A DNA stretch of 64,000 bases, from positions 7,186-71,185 of the forward strand of contig JAGYNB010000004.1 of the NCBI GenBank assembly GCA_018400015.1, in the 5' to 3' direction. The notes under the pieces were generated by a model that made no database searches, was not told the origin of the DNA, and saw only the letters and a list, made by a program, of their open reading frames with translations. Position 1 is the stretch's first letter; every line of letters begins with the position of its first letter. Below, piece by piece: positions 28,807 to 38,475 of this stretch. A program made the translations under genes and the position numbers. The stretch comes from Candidatus Omnitrophota bacterium (GTDB lineage Bacteria; Omnitrophota; Gorgyraeia; Gygaellales; Gygaellaceae).

Positions 28807-30598
28807 ATCTCTAATTAGAAATTTTTGTATTATTGCGCATATCGATCACGGTAAATCCACTTTAGCCGACAGGATAATCGAAACCTTAAATGCCGTGGAT
28901 AGAAGGCAATTCCGTAATCAGTTTTTAGATGATATGGAATTGGAGCGTGAACGAGGTATTACCATAAAGGCGTCAGCTGTAACATTAGAATATAAGTATA
29001 CCGACGGGGTTATGTATCATTTGAACCTTATTGATACTCCGGGCCATGTTGATTTTTCTTATGAAGTTTCTAAATCATTGGCAGCTTGTGAAGGCGCGCT
29101 TCTGCTTGTGGACGCTAGTCAAGGTGTGGAGGCTCAAACCGTAGTAAACTACCATTTAGCTAAGGATAAGAATTTAAAAATAATCCCTATTATCAATAAG
29201 ATTGATTTACCAAACAGCAATATAGAATCAGTCAAAGAAGAGCTTGTTGAGATCTTTGGGTTCGATAACGATGAAATATTATTAACTTCCGCTAAAGAAG
29301 GTACGGGTATAAATGAATTACTTTGCGCTATCGTAGAAAGAATTTCACCTCCAGCTGGTGATGAGACAAAACCTTTACAGGCTCTCGTGTTTGATTCTGT
29401 TTTTGATATTTATAAAGGCGTAATTGTTTATTTTAGGATTTTTAACGGATCGATTAAAAAAAGCGATTCAATTAAATTTATTCAAAAAGATTCTATTTAT
29501 AAGATAGAAGATTTATCGGAATTAAAAAATCTTCAATATTCATCTGTAAATGAAATTAGCTGTGGAGATGTTGGTTTTTTTAATGCCAATATCAGAAGAG
29601 CTGAGGATGTTGTTATTGGCGATACTATAACTACAAAGGATTCTCCAGCCAAAACAGCTTTACCAGGATATAAGTTGATAAAGCCACTTGTTTTTTGTGG
29701 AATTTATCCAGTCAATCCGAAAGATTTCAATAATCTAAGGGAATCTATTTTAAAACTTCATTTGCAAGATGCTTCTTTTGTATTTGAACCGGAAACATCT
29801 GTTTCTTTTGGCGGGGGATTTCGTTGCGGTTTTTTAGGATTATTACATATGGAGATAGTTCAGGAACGATTAGAGCGTGAGTTTGATCTTAACCTTATGC
29901 TTACTACCCCCAATGTTAATTATCAGGTTGTTAAAAAGAACGGTGAGGTAGTTAATATTGATAATCCTAGTAAATTCCCTGATGTGACTGAAATAGAATG
30001 TTCCAGGGAGCCCTATGTTAAGACAAGAGTAGTTTCACCGATAGCATATATTGAAGATATTTGTAATTTAGCGAAATCTCGCAGGGGTATTCATGAGAAG
30101 ACAGATTTTTTAGGCAGCAATAGAGTAGATATAGTTTTTGATATGCCTTTGGCTGAGATAATTATTGATTTTTATGATAAAATAAAATCAATTACCAAAG
30201 GTTATGGTTCTATTGATTATGAATTTAGCGGTTATCAAGATACTAATCTTGTAAAGCTTGATATTATGATTAATAAGTCTGTCTGTGATGCTTTTTCTAG
30301 CCTTGTTTTTAAGGATAGAGCGCAGAATAAAGGAAGAAGACTTGTGGAGAAGTTGAAAGAATTAATTCCTAAGCAGGTTTTTGAAGTTTCAATTCAGGCA
30401 GCCATTGGTAATCAGGTTGTCGCTTCAGAAAAAATCCGCGCGCTTTCAAAGGCGGTTACTGCTAAATGTTACGGCGGTGATATTACTAGAAAAAGAAAGC
30501 TTTGGGAGAAGCAAAAAGAAGGAAAGAAACGTTTGAAGAAGTTTGGCAGGGTTGAAATTCCTCAGAAGGCTTTCTTGGAAGCCTTAAGGATAAATTAA
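28799..30598 (+). CDS. lepA: Elongation factor 4 (LepA)
   Basis: GTPase motifs (AHIDHGKST, DTPGH, NKID) and the LepA C-terminal domain. Confidence 0.95.
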   Translation: MDKSLIRNFCIIAHIDHGKSTLADRIIETLNAVDRRQFRNQFLDDMELERERGITIKASAVTLEYKYTDGVMYHLNLIDTPGHVDFSYEVSKSLAACEGALLLVDASQGVEAQTVVNYHLAKDKNLKIIPIINKIDLPNSNIESVKEELVEIFGFDNDEILLTSAKEGTGINELLCAIVERISPPAGDETKPLQALVFDSVFDIYKGVIVYFRIFNGSIKKSDSIKFIQKDSIYKIEDLSELKNLQYSSVNEISCGDVGFFNANIRRAEDVVIGDTITTKDSPAKTALPGYKLIKPLVFCGIYPVNPKDFNNLRESILKLHLQDASFVFEPETSVSFGGGFRCGFLGLLHMEIVQERLEREFDLNLMLTTPNVNYQVVKKNGEVVNIDNPSKFPDVTEIECSREPYVKTRVVSPIAYIEDICNLAKSRRGIHEKTDFLGSNRVDIVFDMPLAEIIIDFYDKIKSITKGYGSIDYEFSGYQDTNLVKLDIMINKSVCDAFSSLVFKDRAQNKGRRLVEKLKELIPKQVFEVSIQAAIGNQVVASEKIRALSKAVTAKCYGGDITRKRKLWEKQKEGKKRLKKFGRVEIPQKAFLEALRIN

Positions 30599-31179
30599 TG
30601 GATAAAAATCGGATAAAAAAAGAATTTAAAGAATGGATAGAGGCTTTATTGATAGCTTTGGTTCTTGCAGTTTTTGTAAGGACTTTTTTTATTGAAGCAT
30701 TTAAAATTCCTACAGGTTCTATGAGACCGACTTTGATCGAAGGTGATCATATCATTGTCAATAAATTCGTTTATGGGGCTAAGATTCCGTTTACAAAAAA
30801 TGCTCGAATTCCCGGATTTGCGAAGCCGAAGCGAGGAGATGTTATTGTTTTTCTATATCCGGAAGATACAAAAAAGAACTTTATCAAGAGATTGGTTGCT
30901 TTTCCTGGCGAAACGGTCCAAATCCTTGGCGGCAAGATATTTATCGATGGTAAGGAACTGTCTTCAGGAAAATTCATGAATAAATATTATTATAACCGAG
31001 GGGTTTTTGAAAATGAAGATTTTGTACTGACTGTTCCGGAAAATTCTTATTTTGTATTGGGGGATAATTCCGGATCTTCTAAAGATAGCCGTTATTGGGG
31101 GTTCGTTAGTGAAGGTTATTTAGTCGGCCAAGCCAATATTATCTATTGGCCTTTGTGGCGAATTAGATTAATAGAATAG
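30598..31179 (+). CDS. lepB: Signal peptidase I
   Basis: TM anchor, catalytic GSMRPTL (Ser) and the Lys box (KRLVAFPGE). Confidence 0.85.
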   Translation: MDKNRIKKEFKEWIEALLIALVLAVFVRTFFIEAFKIPTGSMRPTLIEGDHIIVNKFVYGAKIPFTKNARIPGFAKPKRGDVIVFLYPEDTKKNFIKRLVAFPGETVQILGGKIFIDGKELSSGKFMNKYYYNRGVFENEDFVLTVPENSYFVLGDNSGSSKDSRYWGFVSEGYLVGQANIIYWPLWRIRLIE

Positions 31180-31185
31180 TTTTTG

Positions 31186-31213
31186 TTGATTTTTGCTGAG
31201 AGTTAAATATAAT
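31186..31213 (+). promoter_or_regulatory. Candidate sigma70 promoter (-35 TTGATT, 16 nt, -10 TATAAT) for the lipoprotein gene
   Basis: Hexamers at 31186-31191 and 31208-31213, followed by the RBS GGAGGTG and the ATG at 31233. Confidence 0.4.
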
Positions 31214-31232
31214 AAATTCAATGGAGGTGAGT

Positions 31233-31541
31233 ATGAAGAAAATAATCAGTGTAGCGATATTAATATTATTTATAGCTGGTTGCGCTAATTCTACAGGTAC
31301 GCAAAAAGGAGCAGCAGTTGGAGCCTTAGGCGGAGCTGCGCTTGGTGGAATAATTGGCCATCAATCAGGACATGGTTGGGAAGGGGCTGGTATTGGAGCT
31401 TTAGGCGGAGCTGCTGCCGGAGCATTGGTTGGTGATAAGATGGCGCAAGAGAAAAAAAGATGTCCTGTTTGTGGAACTGTTTATTCTGGCGATGTGAAGT
31501 TTTGCCCTAAAGACGGAGCAGAACTTGAGCCAATCGAATAA
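31233..31541 (+). CDS. Small lipoprotein: glycine-zipper (SlyB/Rick_17kDa-like) domain fused to a C-terminal CxxC...CxxD zinc-ribbon-like knuckle
   Basis: Lipobox LFIAGC. Gly-zipper region GAAVGALGGAALGGIIG...GAGIGALGGAAAGALVG. C-terminal CPVCG...CPKDG. I placed the start at 31233, behind the RBS, rather than at the track's 31221. Confidence 0.5.
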   Translation: MKKIISVAILILFIAGCANSTGTQKGAAVGALGGAALGGIIGHQSGHGWEGAGIGALGGAAAGALVGDKMAQEKKRCPVCGTVYSGDVKFCPKDGAELEPIE

Positions 31542-31546
31542 AATTT

Positions 31547-32116
31547 ATGAATTTTGCGAATAAGGTAACGATTTTTAGAATTCTAAGCACGCCTTTTTTT
31601 ATTGTAACAGTGCTTTATTATAATCCTCAAAGAGATTTTTTAAGATATATTGCTTTGGGGATTTTTCTTTTGGCTGTGTTGTCTGATGCCATAGATGGAT
31701 ACATTGCTCGTACAAAGGGGCAGCGCACAAAAGCAGGAAGCATTCTCGATCCTTTAGCTGATAAGATTCTTTTAAGCAGTGCATTTATATGTATATTCAC
31801 AAAGACTTCTCTTGTAGACGCATTAAACCTGCCTTTATGGGTGGTGGTGTTGGTGATCACCAGGGATGTGATTATTATTTTAGGTTCAGCTGTTATTTAT
31901 ATTGTAAAAGGAAGATTAGAATCAGTACCAACTGCATGGGGGAAATTTGCAACTGCTTTACAGATGGCTTCAGTCGCTAGCGCTTTGATTAAGTTTGGAT
32001 TTTCTTATTATATTTGGATTGTTGCCGCCATATTAACGTTGATTTCCGGAATTCAATATATAAGAGGAGGTTTAAAGATTCTTTATGTTCATGAAAATAA
32101 TCGCAATAGTAGCTAG
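31547..32116 (+). CDS. pgsA: CDP-diacylglycerol--glycerol-3-phosphate 3-phosphatidyltransferase
   Basis: CDP-alcohol phosphatidyltransferase motif DAIDGYIAR...GSILDPLADK. Confidence 0.8.
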   Translation: MNFANKVTIFRILSTPFFIVTVLYYNPQRDFLRYIALGIFLLAVLSDAIDGYIARTKGQRTKAGSILDPLADKILLSSAFICIFTKTSLVDALNLPLWVVVLVITRDVIIILGSAVIYIVKGRLESVPTAWGKFATALQMASVASALIKFGFSYYIWIVAAILTLISGIQYIRGGLKILYVHENNRNSS

Positions 32117-32705
32117 TTATATAATAGGTTCTATCCCTACCGCTTTTATATTCGGTAAGATATTTAAAGGTATTGATATAAGACAGCATGGTTCTGGTAA
32201 TGTGGGCGCAACTAATGCTTTTAGAGTATTGGGTAAAAATATGGGGATAATAGTGTTCTTGATAGATATACTAAAAGGTTTTGTCCCGGTTTTTTTCATT
32301 GCTGAGATAATCGCACCATTAAGTAATATGTATCGGTTGGTAATTTTTGCCGCTGCTTTTTCAGGTCATATTTGGACTTGTTTCTTGAATTTCAAAGGCG
32401 GTAAAGGCATGGCAGTAAGCCTCGGTGCTTTAATTGCTCTTGCATTAAGAATTGATACCTTAAGATTAGCGTTACTTTTGGCAGTTGTAGTATGGATTGC
32501 GGTATTTGCAATTTTTAAGTATGTTTCGCTTGCCTCTATTTCCAGCAGTGCTATTTTCCCTGTTATTTTATTTATTTTTAAGGCTCCTTTAGAGATATCG
32601 ATTTTTGGGTTATTGCTTTGTGTTTTTATTATCTTTAAGCATAAGTCTAATATTTCCAGGTTGTTACAAGGAAAAGAGCTGAGAGTAAAATCCGCTTTAA
32701 AATAA
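32085..32705 (+). CDS. plsY: Glycerol-3-phosphate acyltransferase PlsY
   Basis: GSIPTAFIFGK...HGSGNVGATNAFR. Confidence 0.9.
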   Translation: MFMKIIAIVASYIIGSIPTAFIFGKIFKGIDIRQHGSGNVGATNAFRVLGKNMGIIVFLIDILKGFVPVFFIAEIIAPLSNMYRLVIFAAAFSGHIWTCFLNFKGGKGMAVSLGALIALALRIDTLRLALLLAVVVWIAVFAIFKYVSLASISSSAIFPVILFIFKAPLEISIFGLLLCVFIIFKHKSNISRLLQGKELRVKSALK

Positions 32706-32823
32706 TATTTCCTTCGTTTTGTAATCGCTTTCTTAAAAGTCTTCTAAGTCGTTGATTTGCTTCATCTTATAATGTTATACTTTGAATAAGTTAAACAACT
32801 CCACCAGCCAATAAGGTAGGAGT

Positions 32824-32852
32824 CCGGGTTGTAAAAATATTTTGCAACCCGG
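32824..32852. promoter_or_regulatory. 13-bp-arm inverted repeat (CCGGGTTGTAAAA-ATA-TTTTGCAACCCGG) in the orphan intergenic region
   Basis: A near-perfect palindrome with one G:T position, 16 nt upstream of the ORFan start. No T-tract follows, so it is not a canonical terminator. Candidate operator or RNA hairpin. A TTGATT-N18-TATACT promoter-like element lies at 32755-32784. Confidence 0.4.
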
Positions 32853-32867
32853 TTACAAATTAAAATT

Positions 32868-33188
32868 ATGAGAGACATAGTATTAAAGAATCTGACTTCA
32901 GTTAATAAAAAAAGAAGAATTATGTCCAGTTCTGAAGTGATTAATCAAAACGGTGTGGAAACCCGCATAAATAGGAATTTTATTTACCGTGTAAGTGAAA
33001 AGGACCGGCTCGAGAATGATAATGTGCCTGTGCCTAAAATATATATTTACAAAAACTGCGATACCAAGAATCATAAGAGCAAGTTTTCTTATAAGGTAAA
33101 AGGTTCTATTTACCTTATCAATGAAGAAAAGGTTTATCTGGTTAATTATATCCATTCTTTTAGGTTAGATTTAACTCCTTCCAATTAG
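32868..33188 (+). CDS. Hypothetical protein (ORFan, N/K/Y-rich); coding status uncertain
   Basis: The only sizeable ORF in the 560-nt AT-rich gap between plsY and gatC. No clear RBS. A minus-strand ORF at 32898-33155 competes with it. Confidence 0.2.
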   Translation: MRDIVLKNLTSVNKKRRIMSSSEVINQNGVETRINRNFIYRVSEKDRLENDNVPVPKIYIYKNCDTKNHKSKFSYKVKGSIYLINEEKVYLVNYIHSFRLDLTPSN

Positions 33189-33222
33189 TTGTTTTTCTTG
33201 TAACTGGTTAATCCATAAAGTC

Positions 33223-33251
33223 TTTACATTGGGTAATTTTAGTGATATTAT
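33223..33251 (+). promoter_or_regulatory. Candidate sigma70 promoter for gatCAB (-35 TTTACA, 17 nt, -10 TATTAT)
   Basis: Hexamers at 33223-33228 and 33246-33251. A transcript from here would be near-leaderless for the ATG at 33263. Confidence 0.3.
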
Positions 33252-33262
33252 ATGCTCTACTT

Positions 33263-33550
33263 ATGAGCATATCTAATCAAACAGTCGAATATTTAGCAAA
33301 ATTGGCCAGAATAACACTTAAAGGCGAAGAAGTTTCTGCTTTGGCCAAGGAGTTAGAAGATATTGTTAGTTTTATTGATAAGTTAAACAATGTAAATATT
33401 GATAATATTGAACCGACAAGCCATGTCCATAATATAAAAAATGTCTTTAGAGAAGATGAAATTAAATCTTCTTTGGACAGAGATCTTTCTTTAGAAAATT
33501 CTCCTGATTCCAAGCAGGAGTTTTTTAAAGTTTTCAAGGTAATAGAATAG
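33263..33550 (+). CDS. gatC: Asp-tRNA(Asn)/Glu-tRNA(Gln) amidotransferase subunit C
   Basis: [19 protein letters not shown]...[10 protein letters not shown]. The ATG at 33263 is preferred over the upstream GTG at 33242. Confidence 0.75.
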   Translation: MSISNQTVEYLAKLARITLKGEEVSALAKELEDIVSFIDKLNNVNIDNIEPTSHVHNIKNVFREDEIKSSLDRDLSLENSPDSKQEFFKVFKVIE

Positions 33551-33552
33551 CA

Positions 33553-34992
33553 ATGTTTAATACACTTACCGCACACGAATTAACTGAAAAGTTAAAGTCT
33601 GCAGAAATATCAAAAGGCGACATACTAACTTCTTTAAAAAAACAAATCAAAAAAAATGAAGATAAAGTAAAAGCCTTTGTAGATTTTAAAGAATCCGGCA
33701 TTATCGACAATAATAATTCGGGATGTTTAAGTTCAATTCCTGTTGTTGTAAAGGATAATATATGTGTAAAAGGAAGTCTTACGACATGTGCATCTAGGAT
33801 ACTTGATGGTTTTAAGTCTCCTTATGATGCTACAGTGATAAAGAAATTAAAAGCCTCAGGGGCTATTATTTTAGGTAGAGCGAACATGGATGAGTTTGCT
33901 TTTGGTTCTTCTTGTGAGAATTCAGCATATTTCGTTACGCGAAATCCTTGGGATCTAACCAGGGTTCCCGGAGGTTCTTCAGGCGGCAGCGCTGCAGCAG
34001 TTGCCAGTGATGAAACCATTTTTGCATTAGGCTCTGATACAGGGGGTTCAATTCGTCAACCTGCGAGTTTTTGTTCTGTTGTCGGTCTAAAGCCTACATA
34101 CGGCAGGGTGTCTCGTTATGGTTTGGTTGCTTTTGCCTCCAGTCTAGATCAGATTGGACCGTTAACTAAAGATGTTACTGATTCCGCTATCTTGCTTAAT
34201 GTTATTGCCGGTTATGACGAGATGGATTCAACTTCACTTTATGTAGATGTTCCCGATTACACAAAGTCGTTGACTGGTGATATTAAAGGGATAACAATTG
34301 GTATCCCCAAGGAATATTTTATTGAAGGAATATCACAAGACGTGAAAAAAGCTACGAATGAGGCAATAGAGGTTTTAAGAAAAAAAGGCGCAAAGATTAA
34401 AGAGATTTCATTACCGCATACTGAATATGCCGTAAGCGTTTATTATATAATTGCAACCGCTGAAGCAAGTTCTAACCTTGCTCGTTTTGACGGTGTTAAA
34501 TATGGCTTAAGAATCAGCCAGGAAGATAATAAAAAACTTTCTTTAAAAGAGACTTATTTTAAAACAAGAGGCGCAGGATTTGGCAGTGAAGCTAAAAGAA
34601 GAATAATACTTGGTACTTACGTATTAAGCCATGGGTATTATGATGCGTATTATTTAAGGGCACAAAAAGTAAGGACTTTAATAAAAAAAGATTTTCTAGA
34701 TGCATTTAAAGAGGTTGATTGCATTGTTACTCCTACTTCGCCAACAGCAGCTTTTAAAATCGGGGAAAAGATTAAGGATCCTTTGTCTATGTATCTGTCG
34801 GATATCTTTACTATTTCAGCTAATCTTGCCGGTATTCCGGCAATATCTGTTCCCTGCGGTTTTACAAAAGATAAACTTCCTATTGGGTTGCAGTTTTTGT
34901 CTAATATACTTGATGAGGAAACGCTTTTTAGAACTGCTTTTAGTTATGAGCAAAGTACCGATTGGCATAATATTAAACCTAACTTAGAGTAA
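33553..34992 (+). CDS. gatA: Glutamyl-tRNA(Gln) amidotransferase subunit A
   Basis: Amidase signature [24 protein letters not shown]. Confidence 0.9.
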   Translation: MFNTLTAHELTEKLKSAEISKGDILTSLKKQIKKNEDKVKAFVDFKESGIIDNNNSGCLSSIPVVVKDNICVKGSLTTCASRILDGFKSPYDATVIKKLKASGAIILGRANMDEFAFGSSCENSAYFVTRNPWDLTRVPGGSSGGSAAAVASDETIFALGSDTGGSIRQPASFCSVVGLKPTYGRVSRYGLVAFASSLDQIGPLTKDVTDSAILLNVIAGYDEMDSTSLYVDVPDYTKSLTGDIKGITIGIPKEYFIEGISQDVKKATNEAIEVLRKKGAKIKEISLPHTEYAVSVYYIIATAEASSNLARFDGVKYGLRISQEDNKKLSLKETYFKTRGAGFGSEAKRRIILGTYVLSHGYYDAYYLRAQKVRTLIKKDFLDAFKEVDCIVTPTSPTAAFKIGEKIKDPLSMYLSDIFTISANLAGIPAISVPCGFTKDKLPIGLQFLSNILDEETLFRTAFSYEQSTDWHNIKPNLE

Positions 34993-34996
34993 GAAT

Positions 34997-36409
34997 ATGT
35001 TTGAACCTGTTATCGGATTAGAGGTGCATGTACAGTTGGACACAAAAACAAAGGCTTTTTGTGGCTGCGCAACACAATTTGGCGCTGCGGCTAATATCAA
35101 TACCTGTCCGGTTTGTTTGGGACTTCCGGGAAGTCTGCCTGTATTGAATAAGAAGATATTCGAATATGCGATTAAAGTTGCCTTGGCATTAAATTGCACT
35201 ATTAACGAAAACACAAAGTTTGACCGAAAGAACTATTTCTATCCTGATTTACCAAAAAACTATCAGATTTCTCAATATGATCTGCCTATTTCTGAGAACG
35301 GTTTTATTGCTATAAAAGAAAATAAAATAAGAATAAAACGGGTGCATATTGAAGAAGATGCGGGAAAGCTTATACATGAAAAAGAATATAGTCTAGTTGA
35401 TTTTAACCGTACAGGCACTCCTTTGCTAGAAATAGTAACCGAGCCCGATATTACTTCAGCTTTAGATGCTCAGGAATATTTGAAGGAACTAAAAAGCATA
35501 CTTGAGTATCTGGGTGTTTCTACTTGCGATATGGAAAAAGGGTTTTTGCGCTGTGATGCCAATATTTCACTTAGGCCTAAAGGAGATACCGCATTAGGAG
35601 TCAAGACAGAAGTAAAGAATATGAATTCCTTTAAAGCGGTAAGACAGGCTTTGGAATATGAAACCGAAAGGCAGGTTGCCGTATTAAAAGATAATGGTAA
35701 GATTATTCAGGAGACGAGGCTTTGGGACGAAAAAAAACAATGTACAATCTCTATGCGCTCTAAAGAAGAAGCCCAGGATTACAGGTATTTTCCTGATCCG
35801 GATCTGCCTTTATTTACGATTAGTAAGGAATCAATTGAATCAGCAAAGAAAGTTTTACCGCAGTTGCCGATTGAAAAAAGAAAAAGATTTATAAGCGAAT
35901 TTAATCTCTCAGAATACGATGCGGGAATTATCGTTAGTTCTTTACGCATGTCAAATTATTTCGAAGAGTGTTTAAATTTTTTGCAGGAACCAAAGAAAAT
36001 TGCTAATTGGCTTATTGGCTCTGTTAGCGAGGAACTTAATAAGCGCTGTTTAGATATAGCTCAAATAAAGTTAAAACCAGAAGACCTGGTAGGGTTGATA
36101 AAGCTTGTTGAGTCAAATACAATAAACAATCTTACAGCAAAGCAAGTTTTGACTTTTATGCTTGATACCGATAAGACTGCGCAAGAAATAATAAAAGAAA
36201 AAAATCTTGCTCAGATCTCCGATGAAGAAAGTCTTAAAAGAATTGCTCAAGAGGTTATTGATTCCAACCAGAAAAGCGTCGATGATTTTAAATCAGGCAA
36301 AGAGAATGCTTTGATGTTCTTGGTTGGACAAGTCATGAGGGCAACTAAGGGCAAAGCCAATCCCAAGATAGTTAGGACTATTTTGGAAAATTTAATTAAG
36401 GAGACGTAA
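34997..36409 (+). CDS. gatB: Asp-tRNA(Asn)/Glu-tRNA(Gln) amidotransferase subunit B
   Basis: IGLEVHVQL, the NRTGTPLLEIV motif and the GatB/YqeY C-terminal domain. Confidence 0.9.
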   Translation: MFEPVIGLEVHVQLDTKTKAFCGCATQFGAAANINTCPVCLGLPGSLPVLNKKIFEYAIKVALALNCTINENTKFDRKNYFYPDLPKNYQISQYDLPISENGFIAIKENKIRIKRVHIEEDAGKLIHEKEYSLVDFNRTGTPLLEIVTEPDITSALDAQEYLKELKSILEYLGVSTCDMEKGFLRCDANISLRPKGDTALGVKTEVKNMNSFKAVRQALEYETERQVAVLKDNGKIIQETRLWDEKKQCTISMRSKEEAQDYRYFPDPDLPLFTISKESIESAKKVLPQLPIEKRKRFISEFNLSEYDAGIIVSSLRMSNYFEECLNFLQEPKKIANWLIGSVSEELNKRCLDIAQIKLKPEDLVGLIKLVESNTINNLTAKQVLTFMLDTDKTAQEIIKEKNLAQISDEESLKRIAQEVIDSNQKSVDDFKSGKENALMFLVGQVMRATKGKANPKIVRTILENLIKET

Positions 36410-36413
36410 TAGT

Positions 36414-37685
36414 ATGAAGATTCCTAAAAGAACAATTTTAATTTTAGTGATAGTTTCTTTCTTGTCTGTTTTAACTGTTTATGGCTTATCAGAGGTTGAA
36501 CGCAAAAATAAAGAAGATACGTATAAACAGTTGGGTATTTTTTCCGATGCTTTAAGTATAGTTGAGTCAGAGTATGTCGACGAGACGAATCCTAAAGACC
36601 TTATTTATGGGGCATTAAAGGGTCTTTTGGGGAGCCTTGATGCACATAGTCAGTTTTTAGATCCCGATGAATATAATGAGTTAAAAATCGATACAACTGG
36701 AGAGTTTGGCGGTTTAGGAATTGAGATAACTATAAAAGACGGTCTTCTTACGGTAATAACTCCGATCATGGACACTCCGGCTTGGAAAGCTGGTATAAAA
36801 TCAAGTGACAGAATTGTTAAAATTGATGGTGAGTTAACCAAAGACATTACTTTGTCAGAAGCAGTGAAAAAACTTCGCGGTAAACCTAAGACGAAAGTAA
36901 AAATAACTGTTTGGCGAGAATCCGAAGAGAGACTTTTTGATATTGAGATTACCCGCGATATAATAAAAATAGAAGATGTAAAAAAAGCCCAGATATTGGA
37001 AGATAATATTGGCTATATTAAATTGGTGGAATTCAGAGAGAATACTGATGATGCATTTAAGTCTGCATTAACCAAATTGCAGAAAGAGGGTATGGATAGT
37101 TTGATAGTTGATTTAAGGAATAATCCCGGGGGATTGCTTGATACTGCGGTAAAGGTAACGGATTTGTTTCTTGAGCCCAATAAGGTAATTGTTACCACTA
37201 ATAACAGGAATGGTCAGATTCAAGAATATAAATCAAAAGCGAAGAATATGCTTGGTAAAAAACCCGTAGTAATATTGATTAATGAAGGGTCTGCTTCGGG
37301 AAGTGAAATTGTTGCAGGCACTTTACAGGATTATAAGCGTGCGATAATAGTTGGGGTGAAGTCTTTTGGTAAGGGTTCTGTGCAGAGTGTTATTTCCTTA
37401 GGTGACGGTTCAGCCGTAAGACTCACAACTAGTAAATACTTTACTCCATTGGGACGATCTCTTCATAATCAGGGGATTGAACCTGATATTGAAATAAAAG
37501 AAGTTATAGCGCAAACTGAAATTAAAGACGCCGATTTGGATATATTCTCTAAAATAGAGGAAATTGGCAAGCAGATATCAAAAGAAGAAAAAGAAGGAGA
37601 TTACGATCAAGATGCACAGCTTATGCGAGCTATAGATTTGATAAAAGGTATTAAAATATTCAATGATAAAGAAAATAATGGTTAA
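36414..37685 (+). CDS. Carboxyl-terminal processing protease (S41) with PDZ domain
   Basis: Signal/TM N-terminus, a PDZ domain, the catalytic GSASGSE serine and a Lys. Confidence 0.85.
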   Translation: MKIPKRTILILVIVSFLSVLTVYGLSEVERKNKEDTYKQLGIFSDALSIVESEYVDETNPKDLIYGALKGLLGSLDAHSQFLDPDEYNELKIDTTGEFGGLGIEITIKDGLLTVITPIMDTPAWKAGIKSSDRIVKIDGELTKDITLSEAVKKLRGKPKTKVKITVWRESEERLFDIEITRDIIKIEDVKKAQILEDNIGYIKLVEFRENTDDAFKSALTKLQKEGMDSLIVDLRNNPGGLLDTAVKVTDLFLEPNKVIVTTNNRNGQIQEYKSKAKNMLGKKPVVILINEGSASGSEIVAGTLQDYKRAIIVGVKSFGKGSVQSVISLGDGSAVRLTTSKYFTPLGRSLHNQGIEPDIEIKEVIAQTEIKDADLDIFSKIEEIGKQISKEEKEGDYDQDAQLMRAIDLIKGIKIFNDKENNG

Positions 37686-38475
37686 ACGAAGGAAAAGAAA
37701 AAAAACTTTTGGGAAACCGCTGTTCTTATCCGTTGTAGCTATCGGTGCAATCTTAATTATTTTGATTTTTGTTTTTGAGAAGAAAGATAAGCCTACGGTT
37801 GAAAAAGCAATGTTTCCGAAGATTGCGATTGTTTTAGATGATTGGGGGTATACAGATAAAAATTTAAATCTTTTAAGTCAAATCGATTCACCTTTGACAT
37901 TAGCTGTGCTTCCTAATTTAAGATATTCGCAAGATGTCTCTTTGTTGTCTGAAAACGAAGACAGGGAAGTAATCTTGCATCTGCCTATGGAGCCTTTTTC
38001 AAGTGATTCTATTGGATTGGAGCCGGATACGATAACATGCGATATGAGTTCTAACAAGATTCGCCAGATTCTTTTATTGGATATAAAAAGTGTTTCCGGT
38101 GCAAGAGGAGTTTCCAATCATATGGGTTCGAAGGCAACGCAGGATAAGCGCGTCATGAGGATAATAATGAAAGAACTAAAAAGAAGAAAGTTGTATTTTC
38201 TTGATAGTTTTGTTACTGACAAAACAGTAGTTGAGGAGTCAGCTAAAGCACTTGGTGCAGTTTGTGCAAAAAGAGATGTTTTCCTGGATAACGAAAAGAA
38301 TAGCAGTTATATTATAAATCAGCTTATTGAGCTTGCTAGGATTGCAAAAGAATATGGAAACGCTATAGGTATTGGTCATGAGTCAAGCGTGACGTTGAGG
38401 GTTCTAAAAGATTATATCCCCAAATTAAAAGAAGAAGGTTTTGAGTTTGTTTTGTTATCAGATTTATTAAAATAA
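37663..38475 (+). CDS. Divergent polysaccharide deacetylase family protein (YibQ-like)
   Basis: TM anchor, then IAIVLDDWGY...LPMEP... motifs of the YibQ/DUF610 family. Confidence 0.65.
   Translation: MIKKIMVKRRKRKKTFGKPLFLSVVAIGAILIILIFVFEKKDKPTVEKAMFPKIAIVLDDWGYTDKNLNLLSQIDSPLTLAVLPNLRYSQDVSLLSENEDREVILHLPMEPFSSDSIGLEPDTITCDMSSNKIRQILLLDIKSVSGARGVSNHMGSKATQDKRVMRIIMKELKRRKLYFLDSFVTDKTVVEESAKALGAVCAKRDVFLDNEKNSSYIINQLIELARIAKEYGNAIGIGHESSVTLRVLKDYIPKLKEEGFEFVLLSDLLK

Noticed and set aside
32824-32852. Reading the palindrome as an intrinsic terminator for plsY.
   Set aside because: It is a stable hairpin but no U-tract follows, and it lies about 120 nt past the plsY stop. An operator or RNA-structure role is equally plausible, so I report it only as an inverted repeat.
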